Made by a program: the position numbers and the translations under genes
The notes under the pieces: generated by a model
What the model saw: the letters and a program-made list of their open reading frames with translations, nothing else
Told to the model about the DNA's origin: nothing
Database searches by the model: none
Assembly (NCBI GenBank): GCA_003614675.1
Contig: ML002412.1
Span: 1-33,229 of the forward strand
Direction: 5' to 3'
DNA: 33,229 nt
Origin: Dimargaris cristalligena
Lineage: Eukaryota
Shown here: positions 13,345-25,947 of the stretch, in pieces
Layout of the letters: every line of letters begins with the position of its first letter
How positions within the stretch are numbered: the first letter of the stretch is position 1

Positions 13345-14497
13345 AGGTTTGGTGGCGGCAGGGAGTCTGAATAAAGGAGTGGAAAGAAGCCAAGAGTTCA
13401 ACAAAAGACCAGGGAATGCGAGGGTTATAGGGTTTGGGTGAACAATACCACGACTACTGAGGTGGTAAAAAAATAGTATAAAAAAGGAGACCAAGACGGC
13501 GCAATAAGTAGGCAGAGGGACGGAAGGTCTTTCCCGTGAGAGGGAAGGGCACAGTGCAAAATATTATCCACCATCCATATAAATGACGGGATAAAGGAGT
13601 GCTATTCATCCTCCGTTGCGGTAAATCCTTGGCCATATTGGGCTAATATCAACTGACCCGAGGCGAGAGAGGGCTTAACTCATGGCAGCCATAGTGACCA
13701 CAGCAAAGCACCGATAGTAGAAGTTCTTATGTGGCGCCAGTGGATCTCGTTGTATAATAGATTCCCCCATAAAAATACTCTAGGTCAGGATATAGTGGGC
13801 GAGTGGGGCAGGAGGTGGCGGAACCGGAAGACCTCCCTCTCCGACACACACTAATTTCTGCCGAACTAAACCCAACGAGGCTTTACCATACTACTACTAC
13901 TACTACTTCAGCCGCCATTCACTCCAACTGATTCAATCAGCCCTGCTTTAATGGCCAGCCCCGCACGTTGCGGCGAATGTAAAACGGCTATTGTAATCAA
14001 GAAATAGAGGAAGGACTCCCCTTCATGGAAGAGCATAGTACTAAAGCCCCCGGAATCTCACTATCAAATGAACCACCCATTAATGTATATATCTCTTACC
14101 AACAACTGTACATGCTCTTATAAAATCGGTTCATTAACATAACGAATTCAAAAGGATTATTAATAGGGCAAGCCACTGCGGAGCGAATCGCAGCCACGTT
14201 AGGGCGGAACCTCTCTATTGAAAGGCTGGCTGGCACATGATGCCAATAGAAAATAAAAGGGGTAGGTAGGTGGGGTAGTATTCCAGAGTACAACAAATTG
14301 GGCAAAAGAAAAGGCCAAGAAATAGAAGGCTACGGATAAACTAGGCCGTGGGCTATACGATAACGGAAGAAGAGGGCTAAAAGAAACTGAGACCAAGAAA
14401 CCCCGGTGGGCTTTGAAAATACCTAAATAGATGGGGAGGGCAATTCATTATCGCCAAGGTTAAACGGGAGTAAGAGTTAGAAAATAATGGAGTGAAT

Positions 14498-15631
14498 CTA
14501 ACAGGCACACCCGGGGTCCCGGGCAGAGTCCTGGTCAATTCTGATGGGCTCGGGGAAGTCGCTGTATAGTTCGTTTTCGGACTCCTTTTTGAGGGCATTT
14601 TGGGCAATGGTCTCGAAGGCCACATCGACCTTGATAGCCTCCTTGGCACTGGTCTCGAAATAAGGGATGTTGCCCTTCGACTGGCACCAATTCATGGCAC
14701 GCCGTTGGGTAACCTAGCGAGATGGATGGTAAAATACCGGTATTAACATGTTAGCAGGATCCAAAATTAATTAGCTAGTTACCAATGCAAAAATAAAGTG
14801 GGGCGACAATGAGGGTGGAAGCAGCCGGTAGGACTTATAGCGGGGGAAGTCGGGGTCATCCCAATAGCTATCCATGACTTACCATCCGCTTGGAGTCCTC
14901 CAAATCGATCTTATTGCCCAGGACCACAAAGGGGAAGTTTTCGGGGTCGCGGGGACTGGCTTGGACGAGGAACTCGTCGCGCCAGCTGTCTAGAGTTTCA
15001 AACGACTTGGCATTATTGACATCGTAGCACAGGACGCAGCAGTCGGCCCCGCGATAAAACGCCACCCCAAGGCTCTGGAACCGCTCCTGACCAGCAGTAT
15101 CCCAAATCTGGGCCATCAGGGAGGGGTAGGAGGAGGGAAATAAGATCAGCCGATTAGTTTATATATATATGTGGGTTAGCGGAGGGGGTCTTCGTAGTTC
15201 AGGGGCATGGGCGGAATGCCATAAGAGGGGGGGGTACAGCGGGAGTTGCCTTCCCCTCCCCTTTCTGCTACTAAACTTGCCCTTGAAATAGACGGACTAG
15301 GTTTAAAAAGGAGGGTTAGTTAAGCTTACCTGGATAGTGACCAGCTTATCGTCGATGATAAGTTCCTTGGTCAGGAAATCGGCACCAATGGTGGCTTTAT
15401 ACTGGTTGCTGAAGCGCTTATTGACGAACTGGTTCATGAGCGAGGTCTTACCCACACTGTGCGGTTGGGCAGTGGAGAGGGGATGTTTGTTATATGGAAG
15501 CAAACCAATACAGTAATAAAATAAGCAGGGTGAGTAAAGGGCTATTACAGAGTGAGAGACCGCCGTCGTCGAATTAGGCCAGTCGAACCAGGAAGTTGGG
15601 AGGCCTCGGGCTATGCAACGGGAGTAACCAG

Positions 15632-15666
<35 letters not shown>

Positions 15667-15859
15667 ACTTACCCACTGTCGCCCAGGATGATGACCTAAC
15701 CGGACCGAATGAGTCGGGAATGTCGCGAATAGTTCAGTAAGCAATCGGGTTAGTTAGGAATGAGTGGATTCTTCCTGGGCCGGGCCCAGAGTATTTATTA
15801 TAAAGGAGGAGGTGCTGAATGCGACGAACCTTGAGTAAAACCTTCTTTCGTGCAGACAT
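14498..15859 (-). CDS. YPT7: Rab7/Ypt7 small GTPase, 5 exons, 206 aa
   Basis: Exons 15859-15830, 15695-15673 (23 nt), 15456-15330, 15107-14883, 14713-14498 (621 nt). Translation: [49 protein letters not shown]...[23 protein letters not shown]...GNKID...ETSAK...GCAC* (CXC prenylation site). Confidence 0.97.
15635..15663. repeat. (TA)n microsatellite in YPT7 intron 2
   Basis: Uninterrupted TA run of about 14 units. Confidence 0.9.
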
Positions 15860-16332
15860 GGCGGAAACGGGAGAGAGGGTTGGGGTGAAGGGGAATGGAA
15901 GCAGACAAGAAAGGGTTAAAAGGGAAGTAATTCTATAACACAAAGGAAGAAGAGCAGCGGACTTGGTGCAATGAAAAAGTTTCGAACCTAAGGGGAGAGG
16001 AGAGGAGTATAGTATAGTATAGTACAGTATATATCTCGCCTGGGCCACCCACTCACTATGCCATGACGTCTCAAGTGACCGCCGCCCAGGGGACATCTAT
16101 CTGGATATTATTATATGCCAAAATGGCTGCTTGCTAACCGAACTCACTCAAATTCAAACTCAAGGCTGCATCTATTTATAAAGCACTTGGGGACACTACA
16201 TTTACTATTTGCACCTTCTTTCTTCCTCACCATTATCGACAAACTATTACGGACATGGCGGGCGTAGAGTAGAGTAGGCCACCCCATACTGTGGCACACC
16301 TAGCCCAAACCGCTTGCCTGAGTTCTATCCAT

Positions 16333-16391
16333 TACAATACAATACAATACAATACTCCGCCCGCCTTTTAATCCAATCCAATCCAATCCAA
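16333..16391. repeat. Adjacent pentanucleotide repeats (TACAA)4 and (ATCCA)4
   Basis: tacaa x4 at 16333-16352 and atcca x4 at 16371-16390, between YPT7 and NDUFA12. Confidence 0.85.
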
Positions 16392-16768
16392 ACTTAACCT
16401 AACCCTAATAATCTGCATCTATATTTTACTACCCCATCCCCTCATCTCTATATCCACCCACCTGTTCTATGGGTCACATAAAATGGCTTGTAGGCCGAGA
16501 AGGATTGCCCCACCCCCCCCCCTTCAGCAGAACAGGTGACCATTTTTTATTATTCACTGTAAATAACGCACATGCCCCCCCTCCCGCTGTAGGGTAGAGT
16601 ATAAGCTAGTTGTTGGAGTAATTTATTGTTCGCGGCAGTAAATCTATACGTCGAAATAAGTGGGTGGGTGGTGAGTACATCAGCGGTTTAGCCAACAGCA
16701 ATGCCCAGTCTCAAAAAAAGGGCCCGGTGCTGGACCGAAAAAAGCAATAGGAGGGGAAGAGATCGCGC

Positions 16769-17470
16769 TTAGGCCCGGGGCTTGACTTGGGGATCCCAGG
16801 CAGAGACCTTGGGCCGCGTCGTGTTGTAGGTCGTGAATGCCTTCGTCGTCCCCGTCATATTCTCTACGTGATGAGACACAATCCAGCGGTAGGGTCGGCT
16901 GGGCAGGTTGCTGGGGTTCTCGTCGGTCAGCTTGTGGAGCCATTTATGCCTGGTGGAAATCGTGGGTGATATAGCATGATATACCGCCAATGAGTAATGC
17001 GATAGATATGGTTAAAAAAAGTCCGTCTTCCATTAAAGCGGGATGGGATTGACTCTTAGGTAGGGACAAAAAGGGCCGGCAGTACATATGCATAGGTTAG
17101 GTTAGGATAGGACAAGAGGGTATATTTACCATTCAGGGGGAACTTGGGTGGCGTCGTAATCACTACGGGCCAGAACGACCCAACGGTCGCGATCTACACA
17201 GTAGCATAAAGTAATATTGCGGTAGACCAGGGAGAGTGGTTAATAAGCTAAAACGGGACCAAGGGAGGGGGGGGTCATTCGATAAGATTAGGATGACAGG
17301 CGGACTAGAAACATACTGAGCTTCTCTTTAAGATTTTCATAGTACTCGTTGCCGTAGCGATCGCGGCCGATGAGAAGGCCACCCTTGACTTCATCCAAAC
17401 GCATGAATTGGCGCAGGCTCTCCCGGGGCCCGGCCTCCAAAATATACTTGACGGCCCGGATAAGGGACAT
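16769..17470 (-). CDS. NDUFA12: NADH:ubiquinone oxidoreductase accessory subunit NDUFA12 (B17.2/N7BM), 3 exons, 132 aa
   Basis: Exons 17470-17317, 17193-17130, 16949-16769 (399 nt). Translation includes KGGLLIGRDRYGNEYYEN...RDRWV...YDATQVPPEWHKWLH...HVENMTGTTKAFTTYNTTRPKVSAWDP. Confidence 0.92.
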
Positions 17471-19081
17471 GATAAAGGGGAATGGAGCTTTAAAACCGAG
17501 AGAAGTAGGTGTAAATAAATAAATAGATAGATAGATAGATAGAAATGAGCAACGGGTGGGGTAAGGAATGGATTCCCTACTATTGTAATGAAAAGGGTAG
17601 TGTAATGGTGGTGGGTTTCAGAGAGATTTACTTTGGTAGCCTGGAGAAAGAATGCTGGATATGCGTTTAGGGCATATAGTATGGATGCGAGAAGCCCCAA
17701 CCTACAGACCCACGTGACTATACCCTACTTAATAAGGGGATGATGATGTGGTGTGTGCATCAACCATCACTACTACCCAGTATAATAATAAATAGGGGGG
17801 GTGGTGATAATAATTAGCATTGGCTATACTTCAGCTCTATTTGCCTAGATTGCAGCGTTCTTGTGGATGATTTTGTGTAGCCCGGTCTATTGGGCCCACA
17901 CCCTCCTTTTGTGGCTCCCCTTAAACAGGTTATTTATTCCTAATAAAGTAAGTAGCACGCTAATTTTTTAGTTAATACTGGCAAACTTCATCAATGATGC
18001 AGCGGGCCTGCTTGGCCGGGCCATGTAAATTATAATAACAATATGGATTGACAGAATTATATATCGGTCTCATTCGATAGCTATAAGGATAGAGTAATCG
18101 GGAATCCCCCTCATGGGCCCCAGGGTACTTATTGCAGGACCTTTTAGTCATTGCCACCGCTTTAACCCCCCAACGTCCCAACAGTCGATGGTCCTTGATT
18201 AACCAACCAACCCTCTAAATGTCGTATTGGCTACTGGGGAACTCCGCCCCGCTTTCATTCGAGAAGACCAACCAATTTTAAAGATATACACGAAGTTCGC
18301 CGCCACTGGGAACTACTACTACTTTCGATCCCTTTTATCTCACCAACCAGAGGGGGCTTTCGGTGGAGATGGGGCAAGCATACTTACATAGTGTATAGCC
18401 AACCCAGATGCGCCTATAGTACGTACTGTTGGACAGCCATGATCCTGGTACTTGTCAAATTAGCCACAGTAACAGCAAATCGTCGATGCACCACCACTGT
18501 TGACCGGAACTTTCCCGGCTAAGGGCCATTACTGCCCTAAAGGGGGGGATGTTTAATTTAAATCACCAACTCGTCACAGGTAGACGTGGAAGGATGTATA
18601 GATTATCGCTTGCCTACGGACTATATTACCGGGCTGGTGTTTCCTAGCCACGGTACGCTGGCGAATACTGTTGGTTTGGAATGTTCAGAAGGCGGGCCTC
18701 GGTAGCAATCTCCAGGCCCTCTGCGGCTTAGCACATCAATACACACCAATCCACTATAAAAACGGCCCCAGCTTATTGTGATTGCCCCTAATAGTCGTAT
18801 GGGATGGATGGTGAGGTTAGTGGCGGAGTCCCGTGGTACCCTTTTTGGTCTAGGCACTGGAAAGGCCAAAGGGTTCTTCAGGGCAAGTATAGAGGAGTAA
18901 GAACATAGTATTCCCGCGCCTCTTGCTTTTCCATTCCCGGTATTTTGTTTCGTTTGCTTGGAATTGTTCCTTTTACCTCTACTCCCATACCCACTAGCTA
19001 GGCCTTTTACTGTCTCATTCCCTTTGCCCAGGCTCCCTCGCAGGTGACTGCTCAGCACGAAACCCCTCCTCCAGTTTGACC

Positions 19082-21345
19082 ATGTACGACTTTTCCTGGT
19101 CCCGGCGTACGGTAAGATTAGAAAGGGGGGAAATGCAGTGCCACTCGACACTACTAAGTCTTTCTGTTACCAGCCCAGGCTCCGAGGAATTCAGGAGAAG
19201 AAAGCCCCAGGGTTTTGGTACCCTATCACTACTACTACTACTACTGACACCGCCCTTGTCTGAGTTAGTCCCTTTTTGCTCACCAACCCCTAGAAGGCCG
19301 ATACTGAAGCGGCCCGCCTCAGCGAATTCCTCCAGGACCTCATGGTCGTGGGCAGTCTCAAGGTAAGTGAAGCAACTGCCCTTGGTTCTCTATTTTTAAA
19401 ATGAGCTAACCCTCGCGTTTTACTTATACCGCCCAGATGTCTTCCCCCGCTTGGCCCCCCAGCCAATACCCATTTTACCACAGCTGGGAGGTCCCCTAGT
19501 GAAATTACCCTAACCCTAACTATGTAAACTATCTCACCATCCCTTGTACAATATAACTACGTCAAATCAAAGGGTTTCAAATATTTGGATATTTCAATCC
19601 GTGGCCGCGAAGAGCTGCTTTTGCGCGTTCGTAATGACTATCTCAACCCCCCGACCGCCGGTCAAGGGGAGGCTCCTAACTCGCTCATGGTGCTCAACTC
19701 CTCGTAAGTTACTATAATATGCCGCTCCTTTTTAATCAATTAGCCAGCATCCTGCTAAGGGCTTCTGCCATTCGCTCGACTAAATCCAGTCGAAGGTAAT
19801 ATGAGCACTCTCGACGACTTTCCGGCGCGATTACCAACTCCGAAATATTCTGAAGAAGATGGGCTGTACCGGTTAAACAGCCCTACTACACTATACTTTT
19901 AGATATTTACCTTCTTACCACCGACTCGATTCGATTCATTGATCCACTCAGAGTCTCCAAAGGCCGCGCTTTAGTCTCGGCTAAAACCCAGTACATGTAA
20001 GTCCGACCTTGCCAGGCAGTGGCCATGTCTAACCCTAACCCATCTACTAAAATTGCGCCCCTTAATACAATACCCTCGCCCCGCTATGGGAAAGTTGGCC
20101 AGCCGACTCCGCCTCTTACATCCGACCTCCTGTTGTTATGCCTTCATTTGCAATCCACCTTCCCATATGTCTCCTACAGGATGCAGAGTACTTCCCCTGT
20201 CCTCCAACCCCCCATCAGCCTCATTGACGACGACTTGGTGAAGGTAACCCTTCGTGGTTTTATTACTCTGATAAGTGCACTCCGTAATTCCGTTGGCTAC
20301 TTGGCATTGAGCTTGCCACCCCATGTAAAATGAGATGGCCCATCACTCACTGATAACCCCCTCGTTTGTATATGACAATGACCCAATATCCAGGACACCC
20401 AATACACGTCGTTTTTGATCGCCGCCTACAGCCGTTACCGATGCCCTTATGTCTGGGTAAGTTAAGCATATATATCCCATTCACCCACCAACCCCCTATT
20501 CAAGGTTATAAAAAAATCAATAAGTCGCTTGGTAATTCAGACTAATTAAAGGGCTGCCGAACCGCCCTATGCTTGTAGACTAACGTTTGGTTGTTCTGAT
20601 CTTCTATCCCCCTTCCCGCGTGATTCTGCGGCTAGCTCCGGTCTAACCACGAGCGACTAATTCGTATAAAGGAAAACCAAACCATCGAGACCGAAAATCC
20701 CCTTAAACTCGAATCCACCTCCTGTTGGAAGCAATTCGGTAGGTTTACTCCGACAGGAAAATAATTTACCATGCTGTCTATCCACGCCACTCCGCCTATG
20801 GTACCCCCCCCCCTAGTTTCGACGGCTGTTAACTCTGCCCTGTATGTGTTTGATTATTGGCACGGAATTTTGGCCTAACCCATGGTGGTATAATAGATAT
20901 TCGCCCCTGGGACATTATCGTCGAGGTCGTATGTCTCACCTTACGGCCGCAGCCCGAAAACCCATTTGCGATTGACCACGAGTACTTTGACCGACTTCCT
21001 CTTGAGGAAGTGGTGGTTCGTACCGGCGCAATGGTCCGGTTCCTCCAGAGAATGTCAGTCCGCCACTACTATTTCAGTGATTCGCGTAAGTTCTGTTGCT
21101 ATTTTATCGTAGTTTGCCTACATCTATTGACCCTTGCATATAAAGTATGCCCCTCTTTAACGGAGGAGCTAAGAGCACACCGACTGATACCGGGCTTTAC
21201 TATTTTTGCCCTAGGGCTATTATTGCGGGATTGCCCATTCTTAGACTTAGTAGAGGACCTCGAGAAGCTACAGCTCCGGCATTACGAATCCTTCTGCGAA
21301 CTAATGGCCGCCCGACGAACCATGGGATCGCCGCCCTTCACCTAA
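19082..21345 (+). CDS. Protein of unknown function, probably conserved, 9 exons, about 264 aa
   Basis: Exons 19082-19111, 19294-19362, 19573-19703, 19952-19996, 20180-20243, 20394-20456, 20636-20738, 20897-21085, 21245-21345 (795 nt, phases consistent). Globular-looking blocks: LSEFLQDLMVVGSLKGFKYLDISIRGREELLLRV, FLIAAYSRYRCPYVWLRSNHERLI, ENPLKLESTSCW, PWDIIVEVV, PENPFAIDHEYF, TGAMVRFLQ. The start codon, exon 4 and the last acceptor are less certain. Confidence 0.75.
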
Positions 21346-21696
21346 ACCAAGCCATTTATTTCCAGGCTGAAGCATAGGCCACCGCTCAGTCTCAATTGGC
21401 TGTGACATCGTCCACCATCCTCCTACAGCTACAAGTATTCTTCCTCTACCCACTATACCTATCCCCTCATACTCGAACACCTGCATTGACCTAACTGGCC
21501 AGCCCGTGGTGCAGTCGACCACCCATTGTGATACACAGCAGCCCTACTAAATAATCAGAACAGGTCCCCACCGTAAGCCATCTAATTGGCAGTCCTCATT
21601 TTATCGCACATTAGAAGGCCCCTCCCACCAATTTCTCAGCCTACTAAATTGGAAGATCATTTGTATACATTTATCAATCTCATTATCCATCACTTT

Positions 21697-21720
21697 TATA
21701 TATATATATATATATATATA
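21697..21720. repeat. (TA)12 microsatellite between the convergent 3' ends of the unknown gene and TRM7
   Basis: Uninterrupted TA run. Confidence 0.9.
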
Positions 21721-21819
21721 CATGTTTATTGACGGATAATCGCCAAGTGAAGGGAAATATATCATAAAGGAGTTGTGTGACCGGAAAACCGAGGAAAGCC
21801 TCCTGGGCGTAAGGTTCCC

Positions 21820-22876
21820 TTAGTCCAGTTCATTGTAGAAATTACTACGCTTGAGGTCGAGGGCCGTCTTGTACGGTGGGTTGATGGGCTTCTGGAGTGG
21901 ATCGATGGGCGTGTACGAATAATCGCCGTCCAACTGGAATAAAAGCAAAGGTGTGATAGGGGCAAGTAATAGGACACATGAAGGTTAATTAGAGCAGGTT
22001 ACCTGCTACATCAGTCTTGGACGAGTTAAGTCAGGCTGGACTATGTGAAAAGTGAATATAAGCGAGTGCTCGATAGATGGAATATACCGAAGGAGTGGTC
22101 AATCTTACCAGCTCGGAATAGGTTCTATCCGAGTCGAAGGACTCCAAATCGCCACAGGCTACAAACGGGACAATGGTGCGATTAGGCCCGGTAAGGGGGT
22201 TATCAGTACCATAGGTGAAGTCCAGGAGGGGGTTGGCCATATTGGGCACAAATCCCTCGGGGGGAGAAAAGTTCTGGCAGACGATAAACGATTCGATGCT
22301 CGAATTACGCGAGCTGCGCGGCTTCGCACAGCTAACGTGGGTGAAGAAAATCTTGAGCTGAGCGTACAGCAGCGTGATATCCCGGCCTCGGAAGATTTTA
22401 GCCACAAAAGTGCCGCCCAACCGTAACACATGGGTGGTGATGTTGAGGGCGGCCAGAAGTAACTGGGCCTGAATGTACTCGTCCATGTCGTGGAGCCCGG
22501 TGACATCGGGGGCCCCGTCGCAAACTACCAAATCGGCCTTTTCGCCGGCGAAGTGGGCCACCACCTGCTCGGCCGTCGATACCTTGGTGATGTCGCCCTG
22601 AATCTGAACCACTCCGGGCAGAGGAGCCATGGCCTGGAGGTCAATGGCCACGATCTTGGAGTCTGGTGCCCCCTCGGTACCAGCTGCGAGTTTTTTGCTC
22701 AGTACCTGGGACCAGCTCCCCGGGGCGGCGCACAGGTCGACGGCCTTGGTCACGCCCTCAAATATGTTGAATTCCTCGTCCACTTGAAGTAGCTTAAAAG
22801 CACTCCGGGCCCGCCAGCCCTGCTCTTTGGCGAGGCGGTAATAAATGTCGCGCTTGTCTTTGGAAGTTTTACCCAT
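21820..22876 (-). CDS. TRM7: tRNA (C32/N34) 2'-O-ribose methyltransferase Trm7/FTSJ1, 2 exons, 293 aa
   Basis: Exons 22876-22109 and 21933-21820 (882 nt). Translation: [74 protein letters not shown], and exon 2 [11 protein letters not shown]. Confidence 0.97.
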
Positions 22877-23216
22877 GATATACTGGGATTATAGGGAAAT
22901 AAATAATGAATTCAAAGGTGTATATAACCAGGCAAGAAAACAGGGGAGAAGTAAGAAGCCCAGCAATAGGAAGCAGGCCTTTTACGGAGAAGTCCTTGGA
23001 TCGACCAGAGCCATTCAAATATAGGAAAGCCTACCCCATTTGCCGGGGGCCACGCGACTCAATTGGCATGGGGATTGAGCTGACAGGGAATATAGTGAGG
23101 GTTGCATAGAACTCTTGGAAAGTCGGTCCCACTTTAAAAAGGTACCATTCGCCTCCCTTACCCCACTATATGCACTGGGGATTTAACCGCATTCCCTCCA
23201 TTATCTCTTGTAAACC
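22877..23216. promoter_or_regulatory. Probable bidirectional promoter between TRM7 and HROB
   Basis: The start codons are head-to-head and 340 bp apart. The gap contains ACGCGA (23052-23057) and a reverse CCAAT (ATTGG, 23062-23066). Confidence 0.5.
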
Positions 23217-25711
23217 ATGGCCGACCCTACGCCTGCCGATACCAAGCGCAGACTACTCAATAGCTTATCGCGACTAGCCAAGGCCCGCCGACCCGCCCCG
23301 GAGCCCGCGACTAGTAGCCCTGGACCGACCACCTATGCACCAGTATCCTCTCCCCATCCGAGTAGTCCGGACGTCCCTCGACCTGGTATGGGGGCCTCTC
23401 CTCCCAGTCGACTCCCTCACTCAACCACCCCTGGTCCGCAACGGGGCACTCCACGACCAACACCACCACCACCTCGCCAACAAAGCACCCGCCAGGATCA
23501 AACCCCACTGATGGCACCCCCTCGAACCCCCGCCATGAACCATAGGGGAACGACCCCTTCCACGGCGCTTGTCCCCCCCTCCGCACGGTTTAACCGCACG
23601 CTACCTGATGGAGACTGCGGGAACGACAGCACTCGTAAACTTCCTGGTCCGGCCGGATTTATGGTATAGCCTTACATTGCCTTCCTAGTAATACGCCTGG
23701 GTATAATCTTATAGATTGGCCCAATGGTTTTCCAGCACATTGGCTATAACCTGCTAAGCCCAGAATTCTAGTCAAATTACGGAAGCCCCATCTGTTTACC
23801 ATGAAGCCACTAACTCTCTGCCTGGTCTATACTATATTTACCCCGTGGTCCTTCGGGGGGTTTTGCCGATTGTATTCTAACATTTACGTTGTACCTAGGT
23901 AATGGATACGCCGGCTACGTCTGACGAACGCCCAGCCAACGACTCCCGATCGAGCTCAGCAACCACCAACGGAGCTATATCCACCCGTAGCCCCTCTCTT
24001 TCCACCCCAGCACTCCTCAGCCAGCCCCATAAGCCTAGCTCCGCTCCATCCCACGGATCCGGCTACCAAGACGACAACTTATATGATATGCTCCATCTCA
24101 AGGATGAAGATTTCAACAAACCCACTTGGCTTAAGATGATTGAGGTGTTGGGGCTGCCTCCCTACATGCGTAAGTTATCGCAGGTCTATTTTACCAGCCC
24201 TCTTATTCGGGGATGTCGGAAGCCAGCTCTATTCTCGCACCCACTAAACTAGGGTCACTCTCACTCTAACCATTAACCACATCTGGCATTGCAATCATCC
24301 CTCATGCCTTGACCACCCTCACGACCCACGAACCGCTCCACACCACAGCCTCGATTTTGGGAGAACTGTATCCCAGCCACTGCCCGTATCTGCAATTCAA
24401 CATTTACACGATTTTGCAGATCCGGCCGGTATTTAAAATACCATTTCTATTGGCTATAGTTCGCGAAACAAAATGGTCAGATATGGACGCGTCTGTGATC
24501 CTTGTGGACCCCACCGGTAAGCCCTAGTCTTTTTCGCTGAGGCCGGGATGCCCCTTGAAGTTTGATTTTCCCAAACTGCCCAGTGTATTTGATGAGGCCA
24601 AGTTAAATCATTCTAATCACAAATGCACCATCCGCCAATTCGGCCATACCCCCTGGTTTTCATTAGGCGAATTACACGGAACGATTCAGCGCCGGGTAAT
24701 GGAAACCTATTCCAATGAGATTATTGTTGGGACGACCCTTTTACTGCAGAATGTAAGTGCTTATAAACTAGTGGTGATAAGTCTAGACTTGGCCCGGGAT
24801 TCCCTGGTTGCTTTTCCCTCAGCATCGCGACTGTTTGGATACTTCGAAGCAGATTCGGAGATACCAAGGAACCCCCTCCCTTTCCATTTGTATTTCGTTT
24901 TTTTTTGTTTAAATATAAATATACCTTTTATATATTAAAACAACAACAACAACAATAAGTGGGCTAAACTCGACTATATTTTATTACGTTTCACTCATCA
25001 CGGGCATACTATAAAATCCCCCCAAGGTGGCATTTTTCCAACCTACTCCGAGGTCTCTTTACGTTAATATCACTACCCGTAATGTTGCATATATTTTTTC
25101 GGTAACTCAAACGCCTACGTTTAATATGAGTAACAACACCACGGAAATGGTAAGCGACCTTTGAGATACGAGGCGATGTGTTAGGAATCCACTGAGCCGA
25201 TTATGGTTCAATGGCGAAGATATGGTCCACGGGCAGCCGAATATATATACATTTACCAAATTTACTAACCATGGTTGTCCCTTTGCTTTTTCTTTTTATA
25301 AAATAAATAATGAAATTACCCTGTGGATAGGTGCCGGACCTACACGTGTGGAAATCCCCCGATTTCCAGCCACCCCCGGATATAGATGTGGGTGCCGGGG
25401 CCAGCCAGACAGGTCCAGCAATGCTTAACTCGATATCCGCCAGTACGGTGTCCCGCCAGCTGTTCCCCCCGTCGATTCCAGCCGTGCCTACCCAAGCTAC
25501 CAGTGACGATAGCAAGGAGCGGATGGTTGAAAGAGGATCCGATATTGACCCATTTGGGAGTTCGGCCACTTGGGTTGAAACCGTCGCTGCTGCTGCGGCT
25601 GGTGTATCGCTTAAACGGCCATTACCCATTGATGAAGGTTTGAATGTGGAAGAGTATGGAGGTGATGATGATGATGATGACCTTTTATTTCTGATGGACG
25701 GACTAGAATAG
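23217..25711 (+). CDS. HROB: Homologous recombination OB-fold protein HROB (C17orf53/MCM8IP, DUF4539), 6 exons, 491 aa
   Basis: Exons 23217-23663, 23899-24169, 24349-24516, 24667-24752, 25027-25149, 25331-25711 (1476 nt). Pro-rich N-terminus, RKLPGPAG motif, DEDFNKPTWLKM motif, OB fold DASVILVDPTGELHGTIQRRVME...IIVGTTLLLQNVAFFQPTPRSLYVNITTRNVAYIF, and acidic tail DDDDDDLLFLMDGLE*. Confidence 0.85.
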
Positions 25712-25947
25712 CTCAGATGGATGGGATAAAGTCGATGATATTTAATGAGCAACCTTGGGGTGACCGCAACCAACCATTTAACTCATCGCCCTACGCGGGA
25801 ATTGGTCGATGAGGGAGGGGTTCGTTCGAATGAAAACAGCATTACGTAAATAAATACAAATGGCCCGACAACGGGGCGGAAGGAAAATAGTGGAACAATG
25901 TCAGGGGCTCCATCGAAAGTAGAAAAGGAGGCGGGAGCGCGGAAAAA

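Noticed and set aside
19508-19520. Telomere-like CCCTAACCCTAAC, also near 20049-20061 and 16395-16408
   Set aside because: Only two units. The first two copies are inside introns, where CTAAC is the branch-point consensus.
19790-19902. Possible extra exon (VEGNMSTLDDFPARLP...) in the unknown gene
   Set aside because: Its phase does not match the donor at 19704 and it has no usable downstream donor. The CAG acceptor at 19949-19951 fits the frame directly.
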